A stretch of DNA of 64,000 nucleotides from an uncultured Planctomycetota bacterium (GCA_963845755.1 CAWJTV010000022.1:1-64000); one strand, 5' to 3'. Positions 43,350 through 55,141 are shown, counted from the first letter of the stretch. Numbers and translations: made by a program. Notes: a model not told the origin generated them from the sequence alone.

Positions 43350-45208
43350 TGGTCTCCCCCTCCCGGAGGCCCTCCACCCCGTCCGCCACGGCCGCCGCCA
43401 AATCCGCCGCCGCCCTGGAAGTTCTTCATCCGTTCGAGCGTCTGCTGAATCTGGTCGTCGGGCATTCCCGCCTTCTTCAGGATGGCGGTCTTTTCCTCAT
43501 CGGTCCCGCTGAAGAACTTCTGCCGATCCGCCGGTGCCATCTTCTGGAAAATCGGGTTACCACCGCGACCGCCCTTACCCTTGGCCTTACCCGTGCCCTT
43601 GCCTTTGCCCTTGGCCGGGTCGCCGCCCTTGCCGGGTGCTCCGCCCTTGGCGTCCGGCCCGCCCTTGCCAGCTTCACCCGGGCCGCCGGGACCCCACTCC
43701 TTCTTGGATTCCTTCGACGCGCTGCGGAACGCCTCGCGCTTCTCGTCTTCGGACATCAGGGACATCGGGTTGAGCACCACGATGTCGCCTTCGTTGAGGC
43801 CCTTGTTGATCTGAACGAATTTCTCGTTGGTGGAACCTACCTCCACTTCAATGCTCTCGAACCGGTCGCCGACCTTCCGGGTCACGTGGTCCTTGCCATT
43901 GTACTGGAGAATCGCCTGGACCGGAACGCTCAAGATATTCTCGAGGCGATTGACCAGGATTTCCACCTGGGCGGTCATGCCCGGCCGGAGGCCCGAGAGG
44001 CCGTCGTCGATCTTGATGTGGGTCGTGTAGACCTTGATATCGGAGCTGAAGAAGTTCCCCGGATCGGGCAGGGGTGCGACATCCTGCACCGTGGCGTTGA
44101 GCACCTGGTCGGCGAAGGCATCGACGCGGACCAGCGACTTCATCCGAGGCGTGATCTTGTCGATCTGCGATTCGTGGACCTTGGCGTTGACCTGCATCTT
44201 GGTGATGTCGGGGATGCTGATGATCTTCTGGCGCTCGCGGACCGTGGCGCCTTCTTCGATCTGCGGCTGAGTGCTGCCGAAGCCACGCCCCGGGTCATTG
44301 AAGTAGACGACCAGGCCGTCGATCGGGGCGAAGAGCGTGCAACCGGCGATCTGCTTCTCGAGCTTGGCCTCCTTGCCCTTCTCCAGCTCCCAGGTCGCTT
44401 GCTTGGCCAGCTCGTCGGACTTGGCCTTCTCCACCTCGCTGACGAGCTCCTTGATGGTCTTGCCCTTGGTGTACTGGACCAGCACCTTCAACTTGCTCTG
44501 CGCCTGCTCGAACGAGAACTGGGACTTCTTGTAATTCAGCTCTTCCGAGACCTTCGTGGCCAGCGAGACGTAGCCCTTGTCGAACATCCGGCGGGCCCAG
44601 TCGAGCCGATCCTCGGATCGCGTCATGTCGGACTCGGCCAGCTTGATTTCCCCCTGGATGGATTCGAGCTCCTGCTTGAAGATGCCCTCGGTGTATTCGG
44701 TCACGGCGATCTCGGCCACCTCGCGAGTGAGCTTGGCGTTCTGGTAATTGGCCTTGGCGCTCTCGGTCGTGATCCGCTGGTTGACTAGTTGGTCCTTGAG
44801 CGACGCCGAGTCGAGCTCGCAGACCACATCGCCTTTCTTGACGCGGGTCCCCTCGGGCTTGATGTTGATGATCGTCGTCTGGCCCTCGACCATGCAGTAG
44901 ACGTCCATGTTGCTGGAGCTTTCCAGGCTGCCGCGCTCGACCACGGTGATGGGAAGTGGCCCGCGCCGCACGACGAAGGTGATGATGTCGCTGCTGCCGG
45001 GGCCGAAGAAGCCCTTGATGGGCTTGCTCACGGCCGGCACGGTGAATACGGCCACCGCGCCGGCTACCACCAGCATGACCAGGGTCAGCGCGATTACCTT
45101 ACCGGCCGAAAATCGCCGGCGCCGGGGCCGCTGAACCGGGGGCAGGTCCCTCGTGGCCGTCGGCGTGGCCGATGAGGGGGCCGTAGTATTGTCCAGGGAA
45201 AAGTTCAC
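43346..45208 (-). CDS. Efflux periplasmic adaptor (MacA-like) with Gly/Lys/RGG-rich tail
   Basis: TM anchor, VKKGDVVCELD, APIDGLVVY, LRPGMTAQV. Confidence 0.92.
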
Positions 45209-48200
45209 GGAAGGCCTCCCATTCGTCGTAAGGCAGGGTGCCGATATCACGATAAAAGATCAGACGGTATTGCTGGTAGTTTTCGTACGAGGTAATCAAG
45301 CCGATCTGCGAGCCGTACGAGGTCCGTTGAAAATTCAGCAGGTTTGTGGTCTGGGCCGCCGCATTGGCCGACTGGGCCAGTTGCTGCGACCCCCCCTGCG
45401 GCGGGGCGACGATCTGCTCGAACGCCTGGTCCTTGAGCCGAGTGTTCAGCTCGTAGTTCCGCTTGTTGATTTCATACTGGACGTAGTACGTGAACACGTT
45501 ACGCAAGTCGAACCTCAACTGGACCTTGAGGTTATCTTCCTGGTTCATGAGGGTGCGCCGCGCTCGCTGGTAGTTGATCAGGGCGCTGCGGAAGTTGTTC
45601 CGCTCGTTCATCCGGACCAGCGGCAGCTCGGCATTGAGCACCAGGCTGAAATTCTTGGCCTGGCTCAGGAAGGCCAAGGGGTTGGTTGTGTAAGGGCCGG
45701 TGTACACATTATTCACAACATTGATGTTGAGCACCCCCTTCAGGGTGTTGGCGACGACGCGGATCTGCCGCCAGGCGTCGTAGAGGGTGGCCCGGGCGTT
45801 CATCAGGTCGAGCCGGTATTCCAGGGCGATCCGGACCGCTGCCTGGAGCAAGTCCTCCAGTCCATCCTCATCCTCGGCCACGAAACCACCGCCCACCTTG
45901 CTGGCCCGATAGTTCCGGTAAATCCCCAGGACCGACCGCCCATCGAGATCGATGTCCTGAAGTCCCGGCAAGTTGCCGATGATCCCGGGGAGCTCGTCCA
46001 GGACCCGATCCGGCCGTTTCTGCCAGTCGTCCACGGCATCGAACACCTTGTAAAACGGTTCGCCCAGGAACTTCTGATCCATGATAATGGGAGTGTCCGG
46101 CGGCAGCCCCATCTGCATCTTGAACTGGTCCAGCGTGTTGCGGTAGGTGAGCTTGTCCGTGAATAGCTGCTGGCGGGCGCTGATCAAACTCGACATCGAT
46201 TGATCGACCTGGAGTTGCGACAACCCCGACGACTCGCCCTGGATCAACTCCTGATATAGTCTAACGACATTCTCGTAGAACACCACATTCCTTCGGTCGA
46301 TTTCGACCTGCACGACGTTGAACGCGGTGGGAATGTAGCCGAGGGTCGGATCGGTGTTGCCGGCGCCCGAGAACCCGGCCAGGCTGAAACCCTGGCCGAA
46401 GTTCTGGATCGAGCCGCCCGTCAAGGTCACGACGAAGAACTGCTGGCGGAACTGGGTAAAGGCGCGGACCGCATACAGGAGATTCCGTTCCTGCTCGGTC
46501 AGGGGTTCGAGGATGACGGCGCGACCGCCGCCCCGCAGCAACGGCTGGATGAAGCTGATCGGCAAGGCGGAGAGCACGGTCGGCTGCTGGGGGTTCTTGC
46601 CGGCGAAATTGAAGACCAGTTCGCTGGCGAACCCCATCAGGAGCTGGCCGCCGGAATTGAACAGTTTGCCAACGCCCGCGACCGTGCCCAGGTTCAGAGT
46701 CGAGACCTGGCCGGTGGGCGAGAACCGCGTCGCGTAGTTGAACGAGTTGGGATAGTTGAGGCCGCCCGCGAAGCCGCCGCCGCCGATCCCCCCGGTACCC
46801 GAACTGCCGGCTGCGCCGATCTGGGGGACGCCCGTCTGAGGCGACATGCCCGCGTAGAACTGGGGCTCGAAGGCAAACCGCTGGAGCGTCACCGGCAACG
46901 CGGCGACGTAGAGTTGCTCGAGTTGATACTGATAATACCGTCCGTTCATCAACGCCAGCAACCATGACTTCTGCATATCGATTTTATACGCCTTGAAGTC
47001 TTTGGGAAGGCCGGCGGCCTCGGATTCGTTCATCGGCGGTACGCTCGCGACCAGGATGTCGGCGAGTCCCTTGGCCTCGCCGGGCGCCAACTTGCCCACC
47101 TTCGCGATGGTCTCGCGATCGAGCAGTTGCTCGCCCGGGGCACCTGGGAGTGCCCGCATCCCGGGATCGAGCCCACCCGGCCGCAGGGGCTGACCCGGCG
47201 TCTGCAGGCCGCCGCCTGGCAACGTGGTGTCCGGGGGAACCTGGGACCCTGCGGGCGGAGGATTGCCCTGCACCCCGGCCGCGCCGCTGGCCGGAGGCAT
47301 GGCGGCCGGTTTTCCGGCGTCCTGAAACATAACCCGCGCGAGGGATCGATCCGGCACACCACTGGCCTCGACAGTTGGAGAGGCGACCAGGTTCGAGAAC
47401 GATCTCGGGGGCGGGATCATCGGTCTCGTGGCCCTGGGTTTACGATTCGATAAGGATATGGGCGTCGAACCGGGCCGGTTCGTCCCAGGATTTACGGTCC
47501 GGGGTGGGGGGATCGTGATTGGACGCGTTTCCGCCTCGACTGCGCCGGGCAACGGCTCGTCCTGGAGCCGGACCACCCGAACGACGGGTTCCGCTGGTCG
47601 GAGTGGATCGCGCGGTCGGCCGACGGCCGAAGCGCCGGGGCTACCCCCACCCGGTGAAGGCCCGGTGCCGGGTGTCCCGGGGCTTAACCGCGGCGGGTTT
47701 GGCGGGGGTGTCCCAGGGCTCAACCGCGGCCCGATCGTCGGGGGAGTTCCAGGGCTCAGCCGTGGGGGCGCGGAGCCCGGCCCGCCTCGCGCACCACCGG
47801 TCCCGAGCGGCCGCGGCGGAGTCCCCGTGCCGGCGGTGCTCGGGGAGACAGCGGCCGGCCCTCCCGCACCGGTGCCCGCCTCCGGCCCGATCACGGCGCC
47901 GGTAATGAAGGGGTTGGCCATTCCGGGGAAGGCCTCGAACGGTATGCCCGGGCGCGAGGCCGCGTCGGAGCTGGGTGAAACCGGAAAACCGCCCAGGCCC
48001 ATGTTCGGTGGGAGTCCGGTCACGGCCGGATCGGACGGGACTCGGTCCGGTGGGATGTTCTCGGCAACCAGATCCTGCCGCTGCCAGTAGTCGAGCAGGT
48101 CCCGATAGCCGGTCCCCTCCACAGGGACGATCAGCCGGTTGCTCGGCCACTGAGGGACCGGCGAGAGGGCCTCGGTCGCGACTTCATCGGGCGGGGCCGG

Positions 48201-48449
48201 GGGCGCATCCTGATCGTAGGGATCGGCGAACCGCGACAGCGCCGGGGGTTCGATCGAGAACACGTCCAGCCGCCAGCGCGGGTCGCGACTCTTTTCGAAG
48301 ATAACTTCGGAGACATCCTGGTTGCACCACTCCCGGTAGAATTCGCGGGTACAGCCGCTCTGGGCGGCGACCAGCAGGGCGGCAAGGATCGCCCCCCTTC
48401 CGACCGGGAGCACGGCGCCGCTGGATCTCGGACTCCTCCGTGTTCTCAT
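45099..48449 (-). CDS. Large TolC-like outer-membrane efflux lipoprotein with Pro-rich insert
   Basis: Lipobox AQSGC; QPLLRGGG, ALEYRLDLMNARA, LPLVRMNERNNFR; first gene of the adaptor/ABC operon. Confidence 0.75.
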   Translation of the reverse strand: MRTRRSPRSSGAVLPVGRGAILAALLVAAQSGCTREFYREWCNQDVSEVIFEKSRDPRWRLDVFSIEPPALSRFADPYDQDAPPAPPDEVATEALSPVPQWPSNRLIVPVEGTGYRDLLDYWQRQDLVAENIPPDRVPSDPAVTGLPPNMGLGGFPVSPSSDAASRPGIPFEAFPGMANPFITGAVIGPEAGTGAGGPAAVSPSTAGTGTPPRPLGTGGARGGPGSAPPRLSPGTPPTIGPRLSPGTPPPNPPRLSPGTPGTGPSPGGGSPGASAVGRPRDPLRPAEPVVRVVRLQDEPLPGAVEAETRPITIPPPRTVNPGTNRPGSTPISLSNRKPRATRPMIPPPRSFSNLVASPTVEASGVPDRSLARVMFQDAGKPAAMPPASGAAGVQGNPPPAGSQVPPDTTLPGGGLQTPGQPLRPGGLDPGMRALPGAPGEQLLDRETIAKVGKLAPGEAKGLADILVASVPPMNESEAAGLPKDFKAYKIDMQKSWLLALMNGRYYQYQLEQLYVAALPVTLQRFAFEPQFYAGMSPQTGVPQIGAAGSSGTGGIGGGGFAGGLNYPNSFNYATRFSPTGQVSTLNLGTVAGVGKLFNSGGQLLMGFASELVFNFAGKNPQQPTVLSALPISFIQPLLRGGGRAVILEPLTEQERNLLYAVRAFTQFRQQFFVVTLTGGSIQNFGQGFSLAGFSGAGNTDPTLGYIPTAFNVVQVEIDRRNVVFYENVVRLYQELIQGESSGLSQLQVDQSMSSLISARQQLFTDKLTYRNTLDQFKMQMGLPPDTPIIMDQKFLGEPFYKVFDAVDDWQKRPDRVLDELPGIIGNLPGLQDIDLDGRSVLGIYRNYRASKVGGGFVAEDEDGLEDLLQAAVRIALEYRLDLMNARATLYDAWRQIRVVANTLKGVLNINVVNNVYTGPYTTNPLAFLSQAKNFSLVLNAELPLVRMNERNNFRSALINYQRARRTLMNQEDNLKVQLRFDLRNVFTYYVQYEINKRNYELNTRLKDQAFEQIVAPPQGGSQQLAQSANAAAQTTNLLNFQRTSYGSQIGLITSYENYQQYRLIFYRDIGTLPYDEWEAFRELFPGQYYGPLIGHADGHEGPAPGSAAPAPAIFGR

Positions 48450-49125
48450 GGATCTCGCCTCGACCCCATAATGGTCTGGCCGTGCGGCCGGCCCCGAGGG
48501 CTCGGATCGCTCGGCGATTAGGTAGTTTGGCTCTGACGTCCCGGCCCGGGAACGGACCGGGCTTTGGTTGGCTTCCCTTTCGGTCAGCCGATCCCCGATG
48601 GCGCCGCATCCCCGCGACGCACCATCGATTCAGGTACACCGTCTCGCGACCGCGGCCGTGAGGGCAACCGAGGGTTGCAGCCGCGCCACTCGGCAACCGG
48701 AGCCGTATCACTCATCTCCCGCACGGGCAAGGAGGTTACGTGGCGTCCCCTCGTCCTTTCCTCCGGGCGGCCCGCACGGTTCGTCGGCAGGGGAGGCCCT
48801 GTGGCCCGGAGGACCCGGAAGTAGGGTTCAGCGAAGTATATCGGGTCTATGGCTTGGATGAGTTGAACCCAAGGTTCGGGTCCGTCTCACGATGACGAAT
48901 CCACCAGTTAGGAATTCGGTGGAGTCGGCGGTGGTCACGGGCCGAAATTGCTGAGGTAACAACACACCCTTTGGCGGCGAACATGCGCCGGACCGGTCCG
49001 AGCGGGCCCCTGACAGGGTGGCTCTCGCGGGGATCGTTCTTTCGAGGGAAGCTCGCCGCGCGGGCGAGGTTTCATTTCGTCCGTAGGGCGGACGCGACTA
49101 TTGACCCGGGAGGAAGGAGTCTCCA

Positions 49126-51560
49126 ATGCTCTTAGGCAAGCGCCGACCTCGGATGTTGGACGCGCGGCATCGAGAACACGATGCCTATCGCCCGCGGGGC
49201 GAACAACTGGAAGACAGGCTCCTCCTGGCCATCGATCTGGGAGGGACCTCGCCGCCGGCCAATCCCATCATCGCGACGGCACCCTACGGTATGGATCTCG
49301 CCGGGACCACGCCGGGGGCGACCGCCGGCACCAGCGTGGCCGACGTCGGCTCTCTCCTCGGCAACAACTACGAGGACGTCGCCGTCGGGGCGCCAGCGGC
49401 GACCAGCTTGTACCCGTCCGGCGCGGTCTACGTGGCCTTCGGCTCGCAGCAAGTCACCGGGCCGGGCACGTCGACGCTCTCGAATTGGATCCAGACGGCC
49501 AATGGCGCTTTCGTTTATACTGCCAATGATCGCGTCGCCGACCTGGATCAACTCGACAAAACGACCCAGAACAACCCGATCTCGGGCACCACGCTCGGCT
49601 TCCCCTTCGCCGGCATCGTCTTCTTTGATTCGAACACGTCGATTACGGGCCTCGGCACTTCGGTCGCGGGAGCCAGTATCGGCGGCGGGAGGTATGCCCT
49701 GATCATCGGGGCCCCGAGCTCCAATGGCGGGACCGGCGCCGTCTTTGTCGTCACCGGCAATTTCCAGGGCGCCATGGGATCGGGAGCGCCGGTCGATCTC
49801 AACGCCCCCCCCTCGGGCCTGAACGTCATCGAATATTTTAGCACCGCCAGTCAGGGCAACGGCGGTCAATTGGGCGCGTCGGTTGCCGGAGGCCTCAACA
49901 TCCTGGGCGACGGCAATGGCGACGTCATCATGGGCGCTCCCCTGTCCGGCTTCGGCAACACGGCTAACACCGGCGTGGTCTATGTGCTCTCGACCGCGAC
50001 GTTGCCCGGCTCGACGACTACGGTCAACGTCAATACGATCGGCCAGAGCGGATCCAGTAGCGTGGTTATCGCGGGAGGCAGTACCGCCGATGCCGGCTTC
50101 AAGGCCGGCTTTTCGGTTGCGGATGCCGGCAACGTCAATGGGGTGGTTTCCGGCACCACCAACGTGGACGATCTCCTAATAGGCGCCCCGGCGCGGGGTC
50201 CGACGGCCAGGCCTATCTCGTTTACGGCGGTTCCAACCTGGCCGGCCTCTCCACCCCCACCCCCACGCCCACCGGGACCGTTCGCTTCATCCCCCTCGAC
50301 AATATTGGGGCCACCGGCACCGGCGCGGTCCCGGGGGCCGTCTTCGTCGGCACCTCCGGCTCCGGCGACAGCTTGACGGGCAACGCGGTCTCCTCAGCCG
50401 GCGATTACAATAGCAGCGGATTCGCCGGCATCCTGATTGGCTCTCCCGATTTCAGCAGTAGCTCGACGGTTCTCAACCAGGGCGAAGTCACCATGTTCTA
50501 TGGTGCCAAGAGCGGGACCACCGGCTATCTCACGGGCACGATCGACCTGGCCGCCCCCCCGACGAGTATCACGCCGGCCACCCTCCTCGGAGCCAATGCC
50601 GGGGATCTTGCGGGCTCCGCACTCTCGGTGGTCGGCGTCATCAACAGCGGCCAGGCCAACGAGATCCTCATCGGCGCCCCCGGGTTCAATTCCGGTGCCG
50701 GCACCGCCTACCTGCTCCCCGGTCAGAGCGGCCTCGTCGGGTCATTCACACTGGGCGTCACGGCGCAACTTTCCAGTGTCCAGTTCGGGCTATCCACGCC
50801 GGCTGTCCCCACCCCGACCCCCACCCCCACCCACTTTGGGGCCTCGGTAGGGGGCAGGCTGCAAACGACGACGAACACGATGGACACCGATAACGAGGGG
50901 GACTTCATCATCGGCGCCCCGGGCTATGATGCCAACCCGTCCGCGACTACGCCGTTCACCGGGGCCGGAGGCGCAATGGTCATCGAGGGCGGCCTGATCT
51001 CGGTCCCGATCCCCACCCCGACGCCGACCCCGACGCCGACCCCCACACCCACGCCGACGCCGACCCCGACGCCGACCCCCACCGTCTTCATCTCGTCGGT
51101 CCCCACCGGGCCGTTGCTCGAGACAACCTTCAACTCCCCCTTCGGCGCCACCCAGTACACGCCGAGCCTCTCCCAACTCTCGGCATTCAATTACGCGCCG
51201 ATCCCGTTGTCGGTGGCACTCCAGCAGTATCAGCCGACGCTCGGTTTCGCCGAGCGGCTATACGCCTATAACCACCCAGGTAGACACCTGAAGAATTTCA
51301 CGACCATCCGCGGGCCGGCGGCCACCGGCATCTTCGGTGAAAAGACGCCACGCTTGTTGATCACCAAGAAGGTGTACGACCGGAGCCGCTTCCACCCCGG
51401 GAAGTCGTATAAGTACACCCACAAGGCGCCGAAGATGGGCAGCGTGTACACCGGCGTGGTCCCGACCCAGTTGACGACGTCCAACGTCGCAAACACGCCG
51501 GGAGCCACCTATACGGATTCGAATCGGAACATCGGCTCGAAACCGAAACAAACGTACTAA
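49126..51560 (+). CDS. Secreted FG-GAP / integrin-alpha-like beta-propeller protein with (PT)n linker (apparent frameshift near 50195)
   Basis: Planctomycete-type export motif RPRGEQLEDRLLLA; repeated D(V/L)xIGAP...GxVYV; Pro-Thr tract at about 51011-51083. Confidence 0.85.
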
Positions 51561-51566
51561 TCCTCA

Positions 51567-51653
51567 AGTCCTTGGGTCCTCAAATCCTCAAGTTCTTCCC
51601 GGGTCCGTACCGACCCGGAAGTGCGGTCCGAGGAGGTGAGGACTCAAGGGACT
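51567..51653. terminator. Imperfect long hairpin between convergent genes
   Basis: AGTCCTTGGGTCCTCA ... TGAGGACTCAAGGGACT with inner TTCCCGGGTC...GACCCGGAA. Confidence 0.45.
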
Positions 51654-53367
51654 AGACCGTCTCGGGGCCGAAGTCACGATCTGGGAGAGGCGGCGAGCGA
51701 GTCGTTCCAGGGCCGGGCTGCGGTCGTAGGGATCGAGGTGGACGTTCAGCAAGCTGTATCCGGACGCATTGTTGATGGCCGTGGCGCAGCGCGGCCTCGA
51801 GTTCGCCCACCGTCCGGACCTCGATCCCCAGGCCGCCGCCGATCACATCGGGAATCTTGTGATAAGCCCAGTCGCGGATATCGTTGAAGCTCCCTTCCAG
51901 GAGGAACCGTTCGGTCGTATATCCGTGATTGTTGAGGATCACCACGATGGGATTCAAACCATGCTCCGCGATCGTTGATAGCTCCATGCCCGTCATCTGA
52001 AAGGCGCCGTCGCCAACGATGACCAGGATCCGCGCTTCCGGGTTGGCCATGCTGGCCCCGACGGCCGCCGGGAGGCCGAACCCCATCGACGTATAGTAGG
52101 CCGGGCTCAAGAATTCGGTGTGGCGGTGCATCTCGAGGTCGGCCGCGCCGAAGAGGGAATCACCGATATCGGCGATCACGGTCATGTCGGTATATACGGC
52201 GAGCATCCGGTTGAGCCGCTCGAAGAGATTGAGCGAGGTCAAGGGCGATGTAGCCGCCGCGGCCACCGCGCCGGCGAACGGGTTGGGTCGCTTCGGGATC
52301 GGGGTCCGCACCACGTTCGGCCTATGGGCGATCAGTCCCCGGATGAAGTCGTCGAGCCGGACATCGCGATAGTGGTGATGGCGGATCCTCAGATCCTCGC
52401 TGGTCGCGTCGATGCACTTCGACGGATCGAGCTTGGCCGTCCAGATGCCCAGGTTGATGTCGGTCAGGAAGCAGCCGAGCATCAAGAGGCAGTCCGCCGA
52501 CTCCACCAGCTCGGTGACCTCAACACAACCCATGCCGCCTTCGTAGACGCCGGCAAACAGCGGATGGGCCTCCGAGATGACGCTCTTGCCCAGGATCGTG
52601 GTCGCGATGGGCATTCCGGTCGATTCGGCCAGGGCCAGCAGTTCGTCCTGGAGGCCGAAGCGATGGATCTCGACGTCGGCCAGGATCATGGGCTTGCGGG
52701 CGGCGGTCAGCAGCGCAGTCGCTTCGTCAATCGCCTCCCGCAGGGCATCGGGGTCGCTGGGTGGCAGGCCCTGGGGCGGACGATGCGGCTTGACCTGGCG
52801 GGCGTGAACCTGGTCTCGCGGAACCTCGATATACACCGGGCGCTTGTATCGCAAGGCGGCCTCCAGCACCCGGTCGATTTCGCTCAGCGCCGTCTCGGGA
52901 TGATCCAGCACGGTCGAGGCCACCGTGATCTTCTCGAAGACCTCGAACTGGGTCTCGAAGCCCTTGACCTTGTGGTGCAACAAGGGGTTGCGTGCCCGCT
53001 CCGAGAGCCCCGGCGAGCCGCCGATGACGATTACCGGCGATTTCTCCGCGTAGGCACCGGCGATGCTGTTGCAGGTGCTCAGGCCGCCGACGCAATACGT
53101 GACGCAGATGCAGCCCAGCCCGTGGATCCGGGCATAGGCATCGGCCGCGAATCCGGCATTGTCTTCGCGCGTCATGCCGACCAGTTTGATCGGACTCTCC
53201 TCGATCAGCTTGTACAGCCCAAGGATGTAATCGCCGGGGATGCCGAAAACATGCTCCACACCCAGGGCGCCGAGCCGGTCCACCAGGTACTGGCCGATGG
53301 TCGATATGGCCGGAGCGGTTGCCGCCTGTCCATCGCGGGTGACGGCGGCCGGAGAATCGCTCGACAT
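51652..53367 (-). CDS. Thiamine-diphosphate 2-oxo-acid decarboxylase (indolepyruvate/pyruvate decarboxylase family); apparent frameshift near 51780
   Basis: FGIPGDY, EDNAGFAADAYAR, LLHH, GDGAFQMT...NNHGYTTER. Confidence 0.92.
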   Translation of the reverse strand: MSSDSPAAVTRDGQAATAPAISTIGQYLVDRLGALGVEHVFGIPGDYILGLYKLIEESPIKLVGMTREDNAGFAADAYARIHGLGCICVTYCVGGLSTCNSIAGAYAEKSPVIVIGGSPGLSERARNPLLHHKVKGFETQFEVFEKITVASTVLDHPETALSEIDRVLEAALRYKRPVYIEVPRDQVHARQVKPHRPPQGLPPSDPDALREAIDEATALLTAARKPMILADVEIHRFGLQDELLALAESTGMPIATTILGKSVISEAHPLFAGVYEGGMGCVEVTELVESADCLLMLGCFLTDINLGIWTAKLDPSKCIDATSEDLRIRHHHYRDVRLDDFIRGLIAHRPNVVRTPIPKRPNPFAGAVAAAATSPLTSLNLFERLNRMLAVYTDMTVIADIGDSLFGAADLEMHRHTEFLSPAYYTSMGFGLPAAVGASMANPEARILVIVGDGAFQMTGMELSTIAEHGLNPIVVILNNHGYTTERFLLEGSFNDIRDWAYHKIPDVIGGGLGIEVRTVGELEAALRHGHQQCVRIQLAERPPRSLRPQPGPGTTRSPPLPDRDFGPETV

Positions 53368-53756
53368 CAGGAGTCTCCTTGATCGGAATCGAAGGGAGAG
53401 CACGGCCACGCCCCCACGGTACCCTCCCACCGGGTCAGCGGTCCACGGGCGTCGCGAGGCAGCGGGCCGCGATAGACGTAAACCCAGGCCGCGGTGTGTT
53501 TTCGCGTCGTCGTCCGGACGCGCTCATAGAGGCCTCCCTCATAGGCGTCCAATTGACGCAGCATTTCCGGGGAGAGCCCTCGACGGACATAGCCTTCCAC
53601 CCAGCCGGCCATGGGATCGCCCACGTCGATCAGGCCCGGATACGGCCCGAGGTCATAGAGCCGTCCTCGCACAGCATCAGGCTCCCACCCTTGCCGAACG
53701 GCCGACTCCGGATCACGTGGCATCAGCGTGCCATAGGTGAACAGCGCCGAGACCAT
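53367..53756 (-). CDS. Gamma-glutamylcyclotransferase (AIG2-like)
   Basis: LFTYGTL, GRLYDLGPYPGL, LDAYEG..YER, WVYVY. Confidence 0.9.
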   Translation of the reverse strand: MVSALFTYGTLMPRDPESAVRQGWEPDAVRGRLYDLGPYPGLIDVGDPMAGWVEGYVRRGLSPEMLRQLDAYEGGLYERVRTTTRKHTAAWVYVYRGPLPRDARGPLTRWEGTVGAWPCSPFDSDQGDS

Positions 53757-53807
53757 CACCTCCCCATCCTCAGTACGATCGAGCGGGCGGAAACGACCGA
53801 ATCCTCC

Positions 53808-54077
53808 TTGATCATCATATCACGCCGGTACGGAGGACGTGGGGTGGGTCGAGCCGCACCGCGGCGCTGGCCCACCGACGCCAGGCCCCTCGTCCTACGG
53901 GCTACGGGCTTGATCATCAGATCACGCCGGCCGGGCAGACGTAGGGCGGGTCGAGCCGCCAAGCGGCGCTGGCCCACCGACGCCAGGCCGCTCGTCCCGG
54001 TGGGCCAGTGCCACGATTCGGAATCGCGGCTCGACCCACCCTACGGGCTACGGCCTTGATGATCGGCTCACGCCGGC
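53808..54077. repeat. GTAG-type REP palindromes within an approximately 100-bp direct duplication
   Basis: GTAGGGCGGGTCGAGCCGC (53941) pairs with GCGGCTCGACCCACCCTAC (54026-54044). TTGATCATC...TCACGCCGG recurs three times. Confidence 0.8.
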
Positions 54078-54379
54078 ATTCCGTGAGCCCGGCCCCTCGT
54101 CCCGGTGGGCCAGACGCCACCCGGTCAGCCGCGGGCCCGCCGCAGCGCCCATTCCGAGACTTGATCGCGGCCCTGCGGGCCGAGCGCGAACGCCAGGGCT
54201 TGAGCCTCGCCGACCTTGCCGAACGAACGGGCATCGACCGAGCTGCCATTCACAAGCTGGAGATCGGGGTGAACACGAACCCGACCCTGGCCACGTTGTC
54301 GCGGTACGCCGGCGCCCTCGGTGCGCGGATCGAGTGGGATCTCAAAACCACGTCGGCCGTCGAACCCGCGAAGGCGTGA
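54059..54379 (+). CDS. XRE-family HTH protein (orphan antitoxin-like; start uncertain)
   Basis: LRAERERQGLSLADLAERTGIDRAAIHKLEIG..NPTLATL. Confidence 0.75.
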   Translation: MIGSRRHSVSPAPRPGGPDATRSAAGPPQRPFRDLIAALRAERERQGLSLADLAERTGIDRAAIHKLEIGVNTNPTLATLSRYAGALGARIEWDLKTTSAVEPAKA

Positions 54380-54439
54380 TCAACGCGTGGAATTCGCCTC
54401 GGGTCGTCCCCCTCGAACGGCTCACAAGGAAATGATGAT

Positions 54440-54487
54440 CTGACACCGAGTTTTGCTCTGACACCGAGTTTTGCTCTGAGTTTTGCT
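54440..54487. repeat. Short tandem repeat
   Basis: CTGACACCGAGTTTTGCT twice, followed by CTGAGTTTTGCT. Confidence 0.8.
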
Positions 54488-54613
54488 TCTAAGGGCTACG
54501 GGCTTGCCTGGGCTCGGACGGAGCCCCGCCCTCCCGGACAAAACGAAACGGCCCTGAGAGTGCGGCGGAACGCCTGGTGACGTCGGCTCCCGCGCGCTGA
54601 TGGAGGAGGTCTA

Positions 54614-55141
54614 CTACTTCTCCACCAATTTCACACTGATTCCGCCGATCGTGTCCACTTTGAAGAACTCATAATGTGCGGCAAGCGGCTTCAAGAACCC
54701 CGTATCCGGAGGGTCCGCTGCAAGTTTAGCTTTCTGTGCGGTGTCCAGGTACGAGGCCTTGGGCTTCAAGTCCTGGGATGCTGTCACACCTCGGGGGGCG
54801 CTGAACGTCACGGTAAATTTGGGCTTAGCCGAGGACGGCCATGCCCAGAAGAAATGCGAGCTCTTTGGATTCAGGGTTGGTGAGTCCACGACCGGCTTAA
54901 AATTCGTTCCCGTGATCGTCATCGTGAAACTGACGTCCTCATTTCGGAGTGGGTTGGTGATTTCGACTAAGTCATACGCGACCGGCGAAGGACCCCCCCT
55001 TTGGCGTTGGGCCGGAACGTGTTGCTCCATGGCGAAGCTCACCGGAGCCATCAGGGAGGCGAGGCCCGCGGCGGGCAGGTCGCGGGATTCGCACCGCTCG
55101 ATGACGGGTCGGAACCGTTTGCGAGAGCCTCTCAGACTCAT
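54614..55141 (-). CDS. Hypothetical secreted protein with planctomycete-type export motif
   Basis: N-terminus RKRFRPVIERCESRDLP resembles the RxLxxExLExRxL motif; GGAG RBS; beta-rich C-terminal part. Confidence 0.68.
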   Translation of the reverse strand: MSLRGSRKRFRPVIERCESRDLPAAGLASLMAPVSFAMEQHVPAQRQRGGPSPVAYDLVEITNPLRNEDVSFTMTITGTNFKPVVDSPTLNPKSSHFFWAWPSSAKPKFTVTFSAPRGVTASQDLKPKASYLDTAQKAKLAADPPDTGFLKPLAAHYEFFKVDTIGGISVKLVEK

